Part shown: positions 10,817 to 19,537 of the stretch, piece after piece | How positions within the stretch are numbered: the stretch's first letter is position 1 | Layout of the letters: the number at the start of each line of letters is the position of its first letter | Assembly: GCA_051003155.1 (NCBI GenBank) | Contig: JBPCLO010000004.1 | Location: 1 to 47,115, forward strand | DNA length: 47,115 bases | Source: Fimbriimonadales bacterium | GTDB lineage: Bacteria; Armatimonadota; Fimbriimonadia; Fimbriimonadales; ATM1 | Direction of reading: 5' to 3' | Translations under genes and position numbers: made by a program | Notes under the pieces: generated by a model | What the model was told of the DNA's origin: nothing | The model's input: the letters and a program-made list of their open reading frames with translations, nothing else | The model's database searches: none

Positions 10817-10937
10817 TGTAATCTTAGATCAGTTGGAAAAGGATTCCTACACGCTGCTGAGGGTTGAGGCTGCGGTGATATTCGCGATCTGTGCGCTCGG
10901 CTCCTTCGAAACTGTCGAACCACCGGGATGCTTGCAC
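10758..10937 (-). pseudogene. Small partner protein of a nucleotidyltransferase gene pair, with an internal stop
   Basis: VQASRWFDSFEGAERTDREYHRSLNPQQRVGILFQLI*DYNGRSEEFERVYRFVELERG*; TAA at 10824-10826; overlaps the nucleotidyltransferase start. Confidence 0.6.
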
Positions 10938-10938
10938 C

Positions 10939-11328
10939 CTAAATCAGCCTCTCGCGCAGGCTGTCCGGGATAGAGACCGCCTTGCGTTCCTTCCCCATTA
11001 GGACATGCCACGTATAGCCTTCGGTCAGCTGCTTGCCATCGCGAGCGACTTCATATTCGAACTTCAGCGACGCCCGCTTCACCTCTCCCAGCCGAATCCG
11101 GATCGTGATGTCGTCGTCGTACATGATTTCGCCCCGATAGCGCGCCCAGACCTCCACCACCGGCAGGAACAACCCTTCTGCCTCGAGGCCCTTGTAAGTG
11201 AAGCCTCGCGAACGGCACCACTCGCCACGCGCCACCTCGAACCAAAGCAGGTAGTTCGCGTAGTAAGCGTGCCCCATCTGATCCGTCTCCCCGTATCGCA
11301 CCCGAATCGGAACCTCGACCCAATCCAT
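10939..11328 (-). CDS. Acyl-CoA thioesterase (YbgC/4HBT family)
   Basis: IRVRYGETDQMGHAYYANYLLWFEVAR. Confidence 0.92.
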   Translation of the reverse strand: MDWVEVPIRVRYGETDQMGHAYYANYLLWFEVARGEWCRSRGFTYKGLEAEGLFLPVVEVWARYRGEIMYDDDITIRIRLGEVKRASLKFEYEVARDGKQLTEGYTWHVLMGKERKAVSIPDSLRERLI

Positions 11329-11359
11329 GGGACATTGTAGACTGGGGGCCGCAGACTCT

Positions 11360-11674
11360 ATGAACACCTTCCATGGAAAGACGTTGTCCGAGCTTTGGGA
11401 CATTGTGCGGTCCATCCCGCGCGGACGAGTTATGAGTTATGGCGAGGTGGGTTTAAGGCTCGTGCACCCGGCCAGCGGGTTCATGGTCGGGCGATGGATG
11501 GCTCAGTGTCCGGAGGGCATCCCGTGGTGGCGGGTCGTGGCAAAGACGGGCGCCCTGCCCATTGGCAAGCGACACCCGCACCTCATGAGCGAGCAGGAGG
11601 AGCGACTGCGAGCGGAGGGCGTGATCTTCGTGAAAACCGGCTTGATCGACATGCCGAGCTCTCGATGGGAGTAG
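11360..11674 (+). CDS. Alkyltransferase-like protein (ATL/YbaZ, MGMT family)
   Basis: IPRGRVMSYGEV...VGRWM...IPWWRVV, with Trp in place of the catalytic Cys of PCHRV. Confidence 0.88.
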   Translation: MNTFHGKTLSELWDIVRSIPRGRVMSYGEVGLRLVHPASGFMVGRWMAQCPEGIPWWRVVAKTGALPIGKRHPHLMSEQEERLRAEGVIFVKTGLIDMPSSRWE

Positions 11675-11738
11675 CCGACCGGTCCGACTGATTCGGCGGT
11701 CGTCCCCGGAGAGGTATCTTAATCGTCCAACGTTACAG

Positions 11739-13085
11739 ATGTCTCCGAAGGCGAAATCGGCTATTAAGACAGGCACCATCCTTGCACTTGCAGTCGTCGT
11801 GCTGCCGCTACTCTACACGGCCGCGCGCAAGTTCGCCGCCAAGGACCCTTTCGGGAGGCACGGGGCGAACTGGACGGACCCGTTCGGGAAGAACATCGGC
11901 TCCGTGATGGAGGACGTCGACATCAAGGTCTACAACGGCTCCGACAAGCTGGTTTCTCTGCATGCAGGCAAGATCGAAATCCGGCGCGACAAGGTTTTTA
12001 TGGACCTTTTGAACGTCAGCGACGGCAAGGTCTTCGAAAAGGGCAAGCCGACCGCGTTCTTTGCGGCCAAGAACGCCGAGTACGACATGTCGAACGAGAA
12101 GCTCGTCGTGGATCAGGGGGCGAGCCTGAAATCCAAGACTTACGATTTGAATGCGCCGAACTTGCACTTGGACGTCAAGACCAAGACGGTCGAAGCCAAG
12201 AGCGGCATCAAAGGGACCTTCGAGGGTGGCAAGCTCGCCGCCGACTTCCTAAAGCTCAACTTCGGCGGCGGGAAGAGCAGCGCAAAGAACGTCTCCTGGA
12301 AGGGCCCCGCCAAGCTGCCAACGACGCAGCAGGTTCGCGACTTGCAGATTCGCAGCCGCGAAGTCGAATATACGGCGGACCCGGACGTGCAGGTTTACCA
12401 CGACGCCGAGGCGTCCGACCGCGACTCGCTGATGCGGACCAAGAAGCTCACCTGGAACCGCGAGACAGACACGATCATCATGGAGGGCTCGTGTGAGTAC
12501 TACGGCCCCGAGGCGATTCTCGTCGCCCCCAAAGTCGTCGTTTTCCGCAAGGAGAAGCGGGCCGTGGCGACCGGCGACGTGCGCCTGCTGGTTAAGCCTG
12601 AAAAGCAGAAGGGCGTTGTGCCTCCGTCAGCCATTCCGCCCGCGCAGCCAGTTCTTCCGGAGGGGCTGAAGCAGCCGCCCGTCCAAGGGCCGCGCGAAAT
12701 CGACGAGGAGCTCCGGAGCGGGAAGACCGCGCGGAAATACCCCGTCGTGGTCACCTGCGAGAAGGTGGAGTACACCTACGCGAAAGGCCGAAAGCAGGCG
12801 ATCATCACCGGCTCGCCCAAGGCACGCCAACAGATGCGCGCGGGCTCGTGGCGCGAAATCACCGGTCCGAAAGCGATCTACGAGGAAGAGAAGGAAATCC
12901 TCACTGTCCTCAGCGGCGAAGGCGGCCGCGACGTTCGCATGAAGAACAGCGCAGGCGACGACTTGATGGCCCAGAAGCTGGTCATCTCAACCATCGAAGG
13001 CAAGGAAAAGATGACCGGGACGCTCATCGAGGGCGTAATGAAGGTCCGCGATGATGAACTGAACCGCGAGGGCGGCGGAGGTTAG
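11739..13085 (+). CDS. LptC/LptA (OstA)-like beta-jellyroll protein, 448 aa
   Basis: N-terminal TM anchor; repeated beta-strand units (AKNAEYD, AVATGDVRL, CEKVEYTY, IITGSPKARQ, ITGPKAIYE). Confidence 0.6.
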   Translation: MSPKAKSAIKTGTILALAVVVLPLLYTAARKFAAKDPFGRHGANWTDPFGKNIGSVMEDVDIKVYNGSDKLVSLHAGKIEIRRDKVFMDLLNVSDGKVFEKGKPTAFFAAKNAEYDMSNEKLVVDQGASLKSKTYDLNAPNLHLDVKTKTVEAKSGIKGTFEGGKLAADFLKLNFGGGKSSAKNVSWKGPAKLPTTQQVRDLQIRSREVEYTADPDVQVYHDAEASDRDSLMRTKKLTWNRETDTIIMEGSCEYYGPEAILVAPKVVVFRKEKRAVATGDVRLLVKPEKQKGVVPPSAIPPAQPVLPEGLKQPPVQGPREIDEELRSGKTARKYPVVVTCEKVEYTYAKGRKQAIITGSPKARQQMRAGSWREITGPKAIYEEEKEILTVLSGEGGRDVRMKNSAGDDLMAQKLVISTIEGKEKMTGTLIEGVMKVRDDELNREGGGG

Positions 13086-13472
13086 CCCTCGAGCCTCCAG
13101 CGCAGCCCCGGCCTCTAATTTGGGGTGCGCAAGCTTGTTAGCGCTCTCGCATGTTCATGGATAAGCTCGCGGAACCCGGCGATGGCGGAAGTGGCCGAAC
13201 ACTAATCCTGGCACCCCCCCGCGCGACACGCCGCCGCCGCTCTCGATTCATCGTGTGACTAGCATCAAGCGCAGTTCAGAAGTTGATGGGGTTGGCGGCG
13301 CCTTGCGTAAAGTGCTTGGCAACACTGCCGTTCCAGATAATCCGAAGCGGCTCCAATTGAACTTTCGACCCCCCTGGAGGCGTCCTGATGAGTTGAGTAG
13401 CAACGGAGGGGTATCCTTTGTCCCTTCCGGTCCCTTACAGGACAAAGCAGGCATGTAGGAGTTTTCTAAAGC

Positions 13473-15251
13473 ATGGCGATGCCACGTAAACCATTGGCCC
13501 AGTATCTTATGGAGAAGGGCTACGTTCAAAAAGAGCAGATCGACGAAGCCGAGAAAGTTCGATCTCAGTCCAAATCCACCGATATTGGGCGCGTCCTCGT
13601 CGACCTTGGGTATGTGGGCGAGCGCGAGATGATCGAGGCCAAGGCGCAAGAAGAGGGGCTCACCTTCATAGACCTCGACCGCTACCAGATCGACTCGAGC
13701 GCGCTCAACATGGTCCCGGAGCGAATCGCGCGGAACCATTCGGTGATTCCCGTTCGGAAAGAGGGCACCGACCTCTACCTCGCCATGCCGAACCCGAACA
13801 ATATCCAGGCCATCGACGACGTCCAAATGGTCTCGCGTTTGAAGGTGAAGCCGGTTCGCGCGGTTCCCGGCGCGATCGAAGACGCCATCCGCCGCAACTA
13901 CGGCAGCGGCAACGGAGCGGCAGATGCCGGAGCGGCCCCGGGAGCGACAGCGCCCGCTGCGACCGCGATGGCCCCGGCAAGCAGCCGCGGAGACATCAGC
14001 CAGGCCATCGCAGAAGCCGGTGCTGCACGTGGCATCGAAGTCGGAGAAGACGACGCAGCCGTGGTCCAGGTCGCCGAGCAGGCGCCGATTATCCGGCTTG
14101 CAAACGCATTGATCCAGCAAGCGATCACCGACCGCGCCTCCGACGTCCACGTGGAACCGCAGCAGCGCGGTGTTCGCGTTAGGTACCGCGTCGACGGTGT
14201 TCTGCACGAGGCGATGACCGTGCCCAAGAACTTGCAGGCGCCCCTCATCAGCCGCTACAAGATCATGGCGGAGATGAACATCGCCGAACGAAGGCTCCCG
14301 CAAGACGGCCGTATCGAAATCCGACAGGGCGGCAAAGACTTCGACCTCCGTGTAAGCTCGATCCCAACGCCTGCAGGCGAGAAGATCGTAATGCGTATCC
14401 TCGACAAGACCAGCGTTCTGTTGGGCCTGGACAAGCTCGGTTTTACCGAAGAGGTCGCATCGCAGATCGAAGAGCTGACCCGGCAGCCGAACGGCATGTT
14501 CCTCTCCACCGGGCCGACGGGCGCCGGCAAGACGACCACGCAGTATTCCGTTCTTCACAAGCTGAACAGCATCGAGAAGAACATCATCACGATCGAAGAT
14601 CCGATCGAGTACCAGCTCAACGGCATCGCCCAGGTCCAGGTGAACAGAAAGGCTGGCCTTAGCTTCGCGAACGCCCTTCGTCACTTTTTGCGACAAGACC
14701 CCGATATCATCATGGTCGGTGAGATGCGCGACCTCGAGACGGCTGAGATCGCAATCGAAGCGTCGCTTACGGGCCACTTGGTCCTTTCCACGCTCCACAC
14801 CAACGACTCGCCTTCCGCCGTCGTTCGTATGACCGACATGGGCGTCGAGCCGTACCTGATTTCTGCGACCATTATCGGCGTTCTCGCCCAGAGGCTCGGC
14901 CGCAAGAACTGTTCTAATTGTAAGGAGACGTATGAGGTGAAGCAGTCGGACCTGCGGCGCTTCGGCTTCAATGTGGAGGACCCTGAGGCTGCGGTGACGC
15001 TTTATCGTGGCAAGGGCTGCGAAGAGTGCAAGTTCACCGGCTTTCGCGGCCGAATCGGCGTTTACGAATTGATGCGAATGAACTCGGAGATCGCCGAACT
15101 GATTGTTCGACGCGCGCCTCCTGGGGATATCAAGGCCGCTGCGAAGGCCAACGGCATGCATGAGTTGCGCGAGGACGGCCTGCTCAAGATTCTCAACGGC
15201 ACTACGACCCCGGAGGAGATCATGAGAGTCATCTTCACCGCAGGGTTCTAA
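13473..15251 (+). CDS. pilB: Type IV pilus / T2SS assembly ATPase (PilB/GspE), copy 1
   Basis: ASDVHVEP, GPTGAGKTTT, TIEDPIEY, LRQDPDIIMVGEMRD, STLHTND and a tetracysteine Zn site. Confidence 0.93.
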   Translation: MAMPRKPLAQYLMEKGYVQKEQIDEAEKVRSQSKSTDIGRVLVDLGYVGEREMIEAKAQEEGLTFIDLDRYQIDSSALNMVPERIARNHSVIPVRKEGTDLYLAMPNPNNIQAIDDVQMVSRLKVKPVRAVPGAIEDAIRRNYGSGNGAADAGAAPGATAPAATAMAPASSRGDISQAIAEAGAARGIEVGEDDAAVVQVAEQAPIIRLANALIQQAITDRASDVHVEPQQRGVRVRYRVDGVLHEAMTVPKNLQAPLISRYKIMAEMNIAERRLPQDGRIEIRQGGKDFDLRVSSIPTPAGEKIVMRILDKTSVLLGLDKLGFTEEVASQIEELTRQPNGMFLSTGPTGAGKTTTQYSVLHKLNSIEKNIITIEDPIEYQLNGIAQVQVNRKAGLSFANALRHFLRQDPDIIMVGEMRDLETAEIAIEASLTGHLVLSTLHTNDSPSAVVRMTDMGVEPYLISATIIGVLAQRLGRKNCSNCKETYEVKQSDLRRFGFNVEDPEAAVTLYRGKGCEECKFTGFRGRIGVYELMRMNSEIAELIVRRAPPGDIKAAAKANGMHELREDGLLKILNGTTTPEEIMRVIFTAGF

Positions 15252-15256
15252 GTTCG

Positions 15257-15352
15257 AGACTGTAGACTGGAAACTGCAGCCTGAAGACGGGGGCCCGGAT
15301 TCACCTCTCCCCTTGTTGGAGAGTTCGGTGAGCGCAGCGAAACGGGTGAGGA
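15257..15352. repeat. Intergenic repeats: heptamer tract plus a REP-like element
   Basis: agactgt-agactgg-aaactgc (15257-15277) is an 18/21 match to the reverse complement of 6144-6164; followed by cctctcccc...ggagag...ggtgagcgcagcgaaacgggtgagg. Confidence 0.5.
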
Positions 15353-15360
15353 GTTCGGTT

Positions 15361-16806
15361 CTATTCTTTCAGCCGCCAGACCTGCAATCCGTTAGGAAAC
15401 GCTGGGGTCGGCGAGGATGTCCATTCGCGCTCATATAAGCTCTCGAAGTCCCTGTTGAAGTCCGGCTCCAAAGGATGCTTCACGCCCCTTACGATGACGA
15501 CATCGGCGGCTGATGGATCGGAAAGCCACTCGTGGGCGCGGTTCTCGGAGACACGCTTCGCCTGATCGAGCGACGCCACGCCGGCGAAGTCGAAAACGCG
15601 GATGTTCGGGGCGTAGAAGCCGATGATCCCGATCTCCATCAGCCCGGCGGCGGTACGCGGCGGGTGTTGCACAAGATACTTACCCACTTCGCGGTACGAC
15701 TCGAAGGGACCTCCGGCCATCGTCGGCAACGTTTTCATCGCTGCACCTACAACCAAAACCGTCGCTACCGCAGCCCAGCTTGCCAATTTGTCCCGCAGGC
15801 GTATCTCAACGACATTGGCCAGAAACCACCCTGCGGAAAGCACCACTGCGATCGCGTATGGCACGAAGTACCAATGGTAGTCGGGCATGCGCAGCAGAAC
15901 ATGGGCCAGGAACGCGAGGGTTTGGAAAAGGACGAAAGCGAGCACTGCCGTTGACGCGCGTGTCCGGTCTTTTATCGCGAATACGGCCCCTGCGAGGGCG
16001 AACACCGTGACGGTACCTGCGAACACCGCAGAGTTCAGGAAGTAGGTCTTGATCCACGGCCAGAATAGCTGGTAGTACGGGGCGGGCCAATAGACCGTGC
16101 CTCCTTGAGACATCTTCGACGCGAGGGTCGTGGGCGTCGTCACGCCGTAATAGAGGACGGAAAAGATCAGCCACGGCACTGCCACCGAGATAAAGCCGAG
16201 GATCAGCGGTAGGAATCGGATGAAAGGTTCTCTTTTGGTCTCGCGCCAGCTTAGGAACAATAGAATTCCCGCGAGGATCGCGGCATCGTGGCGTGCGAGG
16301 AATGCCAGGCCGAGGAGCCAACTCATCGCGTTCCACTTCCGGCTTCGGTATGCGAGCAAGGCGCCGCAGCAGAGCGCGGCGGCGAGGGTTGTCTCGAGGC
16401 CGATGGTTGCTCGGCCCAGTGGCACCGCCATTAGGAACGTCGCTGCCGCGGCTGCTAGGAAGCTTTGTTTCTTGTCACCGAGCATGAGAAGGTATGCGCC
16501 TAGCCCCATTGCCGGTAACGCGAAGCAAAGGATGACTACGGGCGCCACGATAACCGGAGCCTCGGTTGGCATTCCGAAGAGCGTCAGAAGCGACGAAATC
16601 GCGAGCATCACAAGGAGGTTTAGAGGCGAGGTTGCGACTTGTACTCCAATGACTCCCTCGTTGTATCGAAGGCCGCGCCCTTCGAGCGCGTTGCGTATGA
16701 CCCGCATCGTGATATGCGCATCGTCGACCATCGTTCCATGGGAGATCACGGCGAAGTAAACGCCGGCGACGGAAAGTGCAATCAGGACCGGAGCATGCTT
16801 AGGCAC
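15361..16806 (-). CDS. Polytopic membrane protein, GT-C fold glycosyltransferase-like
   Basis: First-loop DDAHITMRVIRNALEGRGLRYN motif, GLET, LARHDA, about 11 hydrophobic segments, C-terminal IGIIGFY...DFAG. Confidence 0.65.
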   Translation of the reverse strand: MPKHAPVLIALSVAGVYFAVISHGTMVDDAHITMRVIRNALEGRGLRYNEGVIGVQVATSPLNLLVMLAISSLLTLFGMPTEAPVIVAPVVILCFALPAMGLGAYLLMLGDKKQSFLAAAAATFLMAVPLGRATIGLETTLAAALCCGALLAYRSRKWNAMSWLLGLAFLARHDAAILAGILLFLSWRETKREPFIRFLPLILGFISVAVPWLIFSVLYYGVTTPTTLASKMSQGGTVYWPAPYYQLFWPWIKTYFLNSAVFAGTVTVFALAGAVFAIKDRTRASTAVLAFVLFQTLAFLAHVLLRMPDYHWYFVPYAIAVVLSAGWFLANVVEIRLRDKLASWAAVATVLVVGAAMKTLPTMAGGPFESYREVGKYLVQHPPRTAAGLMEIGIIGFYAPNIRVFDFAGVASLDQAKRVSENRAHEWLSDPSAADVVIVRGVKHPLEPDFNRDFESLYEREWTSSPTPAFPNGLQVWRLKE

Positions 16807-16857
16807 TATCTTAGTGACGGAGCTCCGGGGATCACGGGCGCAGGGTATGTTTTGCCA

Positions 16858-17688
16858 ATGGCTTGCCCGAATGTCGCCGCCTCAGTTGTCCTATACCAGC
16901 CCGAATCCGCGCAAATCGAGCGAGTTCGGCGCTTGGCCGCTATATTTCCGGTAGTCGTGGCTGCCGACAATTCTGAGCCGCAATTAGAACCGATCGACGG
17001 CCTTGAGTGGGTGTCGATGGGCGAGAACATGGGAATTGCCGCTGGGTTAAATGCCTGCGCCAAGCGCGGTTCGGAACTTGGATACGAATGGCTGCTGACG
17101 CTCGATCAGGACACCGACCTGAAGCCTGCCGCGTGGAGTGAATATCTGGCCGCGTTCGATGCCTTTGGAGACAAAGTGAACACAGCGGTCATCACTCCGA
17201 GGTTTAACCTGCAGGACCCCCTCGAGGCCGGCGAGGGCCCTGTTCGCGATCTCGAGATCGTGATGACGTCGGCCAATCTGTTGAATTTAGAAGTCTGGAA
17301 GAAGATGGGCGGGTTTGCGGAGGAGCTTTTTATCGACGAGGTAGACCATGAGTATTGCCTCAGATGCAGGCTCGCCGGTTATCGGATTGTGCGGCTAATC
17401 GACGCCCACATTGCCCATCGACCCGGAAAGGTCCTAACGATGATGACCCGGCGGGGGCCCGTGGCTCTCGATTGGGAACCCCCGAATCGGCTTTACTATA
17501 TTGCGCGCAATTATTGGTTTATTAGGCGTCGTTTTGGGAAGGACTTTCCCAGCGTTATTGCCGGCCGTCGAGGCTTGCTGTTGGCGAAATTCAGAGAGTG
17601 GGTGCGCTATCACCCGTCCGACCTAGCCGGGGCATACCAATTAATCCGAGGGACAATTCACGGAGTCGTTGGGCGGTTCGGACGTTAA
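16858..17688 (+). CDS. Glycosyltransferase family 2 (rhamnosyltransferase-like)
   Basis: VVLYQP, DNS, NMGIAAGLN, LTLDQD, ELFIDEVDHEYCLR, RLYYIARN. Confidence 0.88.
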   Translation: MACPNVAASVVLYQPESAQIERVRRLAAIFPVVVAADNSEPQLEPIDGLEWVSMGENMGIAAGLNACAKRGSELGYEWLLTLDQDTDLKPAAWSEYLAAFDAFGDKVNTAVITPRFNLQDPLEAGEGPVRDLEIVMTSANLLNLEVWKKMGGFAEELFIDEVDHEYCLRCRLAGYRIVRLIDAHIAHRPGKVLTMMTRRGPVALDWEPPNRLYYIARNYWFIRRRFGKDFPSVIAGRRGLLLAKFREWVRYHPSDLAGAYQLIRGTIHGVVGRFGR

Positions 17689-18491
17689 TGGGGCCGAAAT
17701 AGGACGGCTACCTTCTTTAATGGAACGTAAAGCCACGGGACTCGCTTGAGGAAAAATGCTTTCGTGCTTGCCATTCTACGTTTCCAATTGCGATCTCGAA
17801 TGACCCGATTTCGTTTGCGAACGAGTACGTTGAATGGCTCGACAGCCGAGCGGTCGCGCTTCTTAATCATCACACCAAGTCCGAACTCATCGTAAATGCC
17901 GAAGAACCGGAAAGCATTCTTTTCCTCGCTAGCGAAATCCTCGATTGCCGTCAGCACGCCGTTTCTGGGACCATCCTCGGTTATCACATTGTAGTGCTCA
18001 GAATTAACGGCGGGATCGGCGGTCAACTCCGTGCGGCCCTGTTCGATGCCTTTCTGGGCATAGGGCAGAATTTGCTCCGGTGGAATTGTTTCCGGCCGGT
18101 AGCACATGTCGCGGCGCCCGTACGGCCAGCCGACGTCGTGTAAAAACACGACGCCTCCCTTTGCGAGCAGGCATCGTTCTTCGATTAGCCTCAGCTCGCT
18201 GATGACGGTCCACCAATTGTGATCGCCGTCGATGAGGATGCAGTCGAACTCGGCGGAAAGCCGTGGCAGCGCGTTTAGGCTGATCTCCTGGACTACCGTG
18301 ACCCTAGGATCGCCTGCGTACTTCCTATCCAGTGGCTCGTCAAGGCACGGGTCGATCAGAGTCAATTGTGCGTTCGGCAGCGTGCGAAGCAGATCTGTAT
18401 GTTCGCCGTGGCTGGCGCCGATTTCGAGTATCCGGAGACTCGGATACCGGAGCAGGTACGGCCTAATGTAGTCTTCGAAGAAGAACGTCAT
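17685..18491 (-). CDS. Class I SAM-dependent methyltransferase (Methyltransf_24-like)
   Basis: ILEIGASHG, ILIDGDHNW, FLHDVGWPYGRRD; ATGA overlap with the csaB stop. Confidence 0.85.
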   Translation of the reverse strand: MTFFFEDYIRPYLLRYPSLRILEIGASHGEHTDLLRTLPNAQLTLIDPCLDEPLDRKYAGDPRVTVVQEISLNALPRLSAEFDCILIDGDHNWWTVISELRLIEERCLLAKGGVVFLHDVGWPYGRRDMCYRPETIPPEQILPYAQKGIEQGRTELTADPAVNSEHYNVITEDGPRNGVLTAIEDFASEEKNAFRFFGIYDEFGLGVMIKKRDRSAVEPFNVLVRKRNRVIRDRNWKRRMASTKAFFLKRVPWLYVPLKKVAVLFRPH

Positions 18492-19537
18492 AGAAGGCTC
18501 AGAAGCAGGTCGACGTTCTTGCGCGAGGCAGCCCTTTGCCCAGCGCCCCTCTCGGCGACGAGGCTGTTGTAAGCCTCCCGCTTGTCGTCGAAAGCTCGGA
18601 ATGTGTCCCAAAGCCTTTGCGCAGAGATTTGGTCGACGGTGAGGGGTGCGGGTAGGCCCAACAGATGTGCGAACGATGCCACTTTGGGGTCATAGGCGAC
18701 CATCATCGGCGCGATACCGGCGGAGGCCGCGAAGATGCCGGCGTGGAGGCGCATCGAGACCACGGCGTTCATGCGGCCGATTTTCGAGACCATGTCTGCG
18801 GGCGACTCCACGTTCCGGATGTCCGGGCATCGCCCGCCGTGCAGCTTACCGATTTGGTCGAGGATTTCGGTGTCCATGCCCCGATCCATTTCGACCAGAA
18901 CCGGGATATAGTTGTTCTTGAAGAGCGTTTGACCGAAGCCGCCGAACGCCCCGGCGATGCGCTTGTCCTTGTTCCAGGGCCGCGCAGAGATTGCGACCGA
19001 CTTCATTCCAGCCATTCCGAACTCTGCAGCGGGAGCGTTCGATGGACGAACCAACCATGCGAGGTCCGCAGTGAGCTCGACTCGCTTCGCCCCGAGAGCC
19101 TGCGCGACGGAGAGGCTTTCCGAATCCCGAACCGTGATCAAGTCGCACAGCGCAAACGCCTTCGCCGCCGCCCGCTTTCCGAAGTAGCTGTCGATCGGGC
19201 CGATGCCCTGTGCGATCAGCGCCACCTTTTTCCCCATGCCTTTCGCCAGGTGGATCAAGTGCGTGTAGTACTTGAGAGAAAGGAGGCTAGTTTTGTCTTG
19301 GAGCAGCCCTCCCCCGCCTAAAACGAGGGCGTCCGCCGTTTCGAGTTCCGTTCTAATTGCCCCGAGGTCTTTGCGAGGCACGGCGCGCACGCTGAACATG
19401 CGGCTGGTGAACTCGGGGTTTCCGGAGAGCGCCGTAACCTGCACGGAAGTCTCTCCGAGTCCGGTCAGTAGGCCGAGCATGAGCGCGTCGTCGCCGATAT
19501 TGCGGCAGCCGTAATAACCGGCGAGAACGATCTTCAC
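18488..19537 (-). CDS. csaB: Polysaccharide pyruvyl transferase
   Basis: LAGYYGCRNIGDDA, GGGGLLQDKTS, AQGIGP, ITVRDSES, SMRLHA, YDPKV; GTGA overlap with the upstream gene. Confidence 0.9.
   Translation of the reverse strand: MKIVLAGYYGCRNIGDDALMLGLLTGLGETSVQVTALSGNPEFTSRMFSVRAVPRKDLGAIRTELETADALVLGGGGLLQDKTSLLSLKYYTHLIHLAKGMGKKVALIAQGIGPIDSYFGKRAAAKAFALCDLITVRDSESLSVAQALGAKRVELTADLAWLVRPSNAPAAEFGMAGMKSVAISARPWNKDKRIAGAFGGFGQTLFKNNYIPVLVEMDRGMDTEILDQIGKLHGGRCPDIRNVESPADMVSKIGRMNAVVSMRLHAGIFAASAGIAPMMVAYDPKVASFAHLLGLPAPLTVDQISAQRLWDTFRAFDDKREAYNSLVAERGAGQRAASRKNVDLLLSLL

Noticed and set aside
13368..13412. Hammerhead ribozyme-like core (CTGATGA followed by a GTTG/CAAC stem)
   Set aside because: The invariant GAAA after stem II is GGAG here, and there is no proper NUH cleavage triplet or stable stem I
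13410..13450. SRP RNA-like GACCGGAAGG on the minus strand
   Set aside because: Lacks the CAGG and AGCA symmetric-loop bases and the long SRP helix
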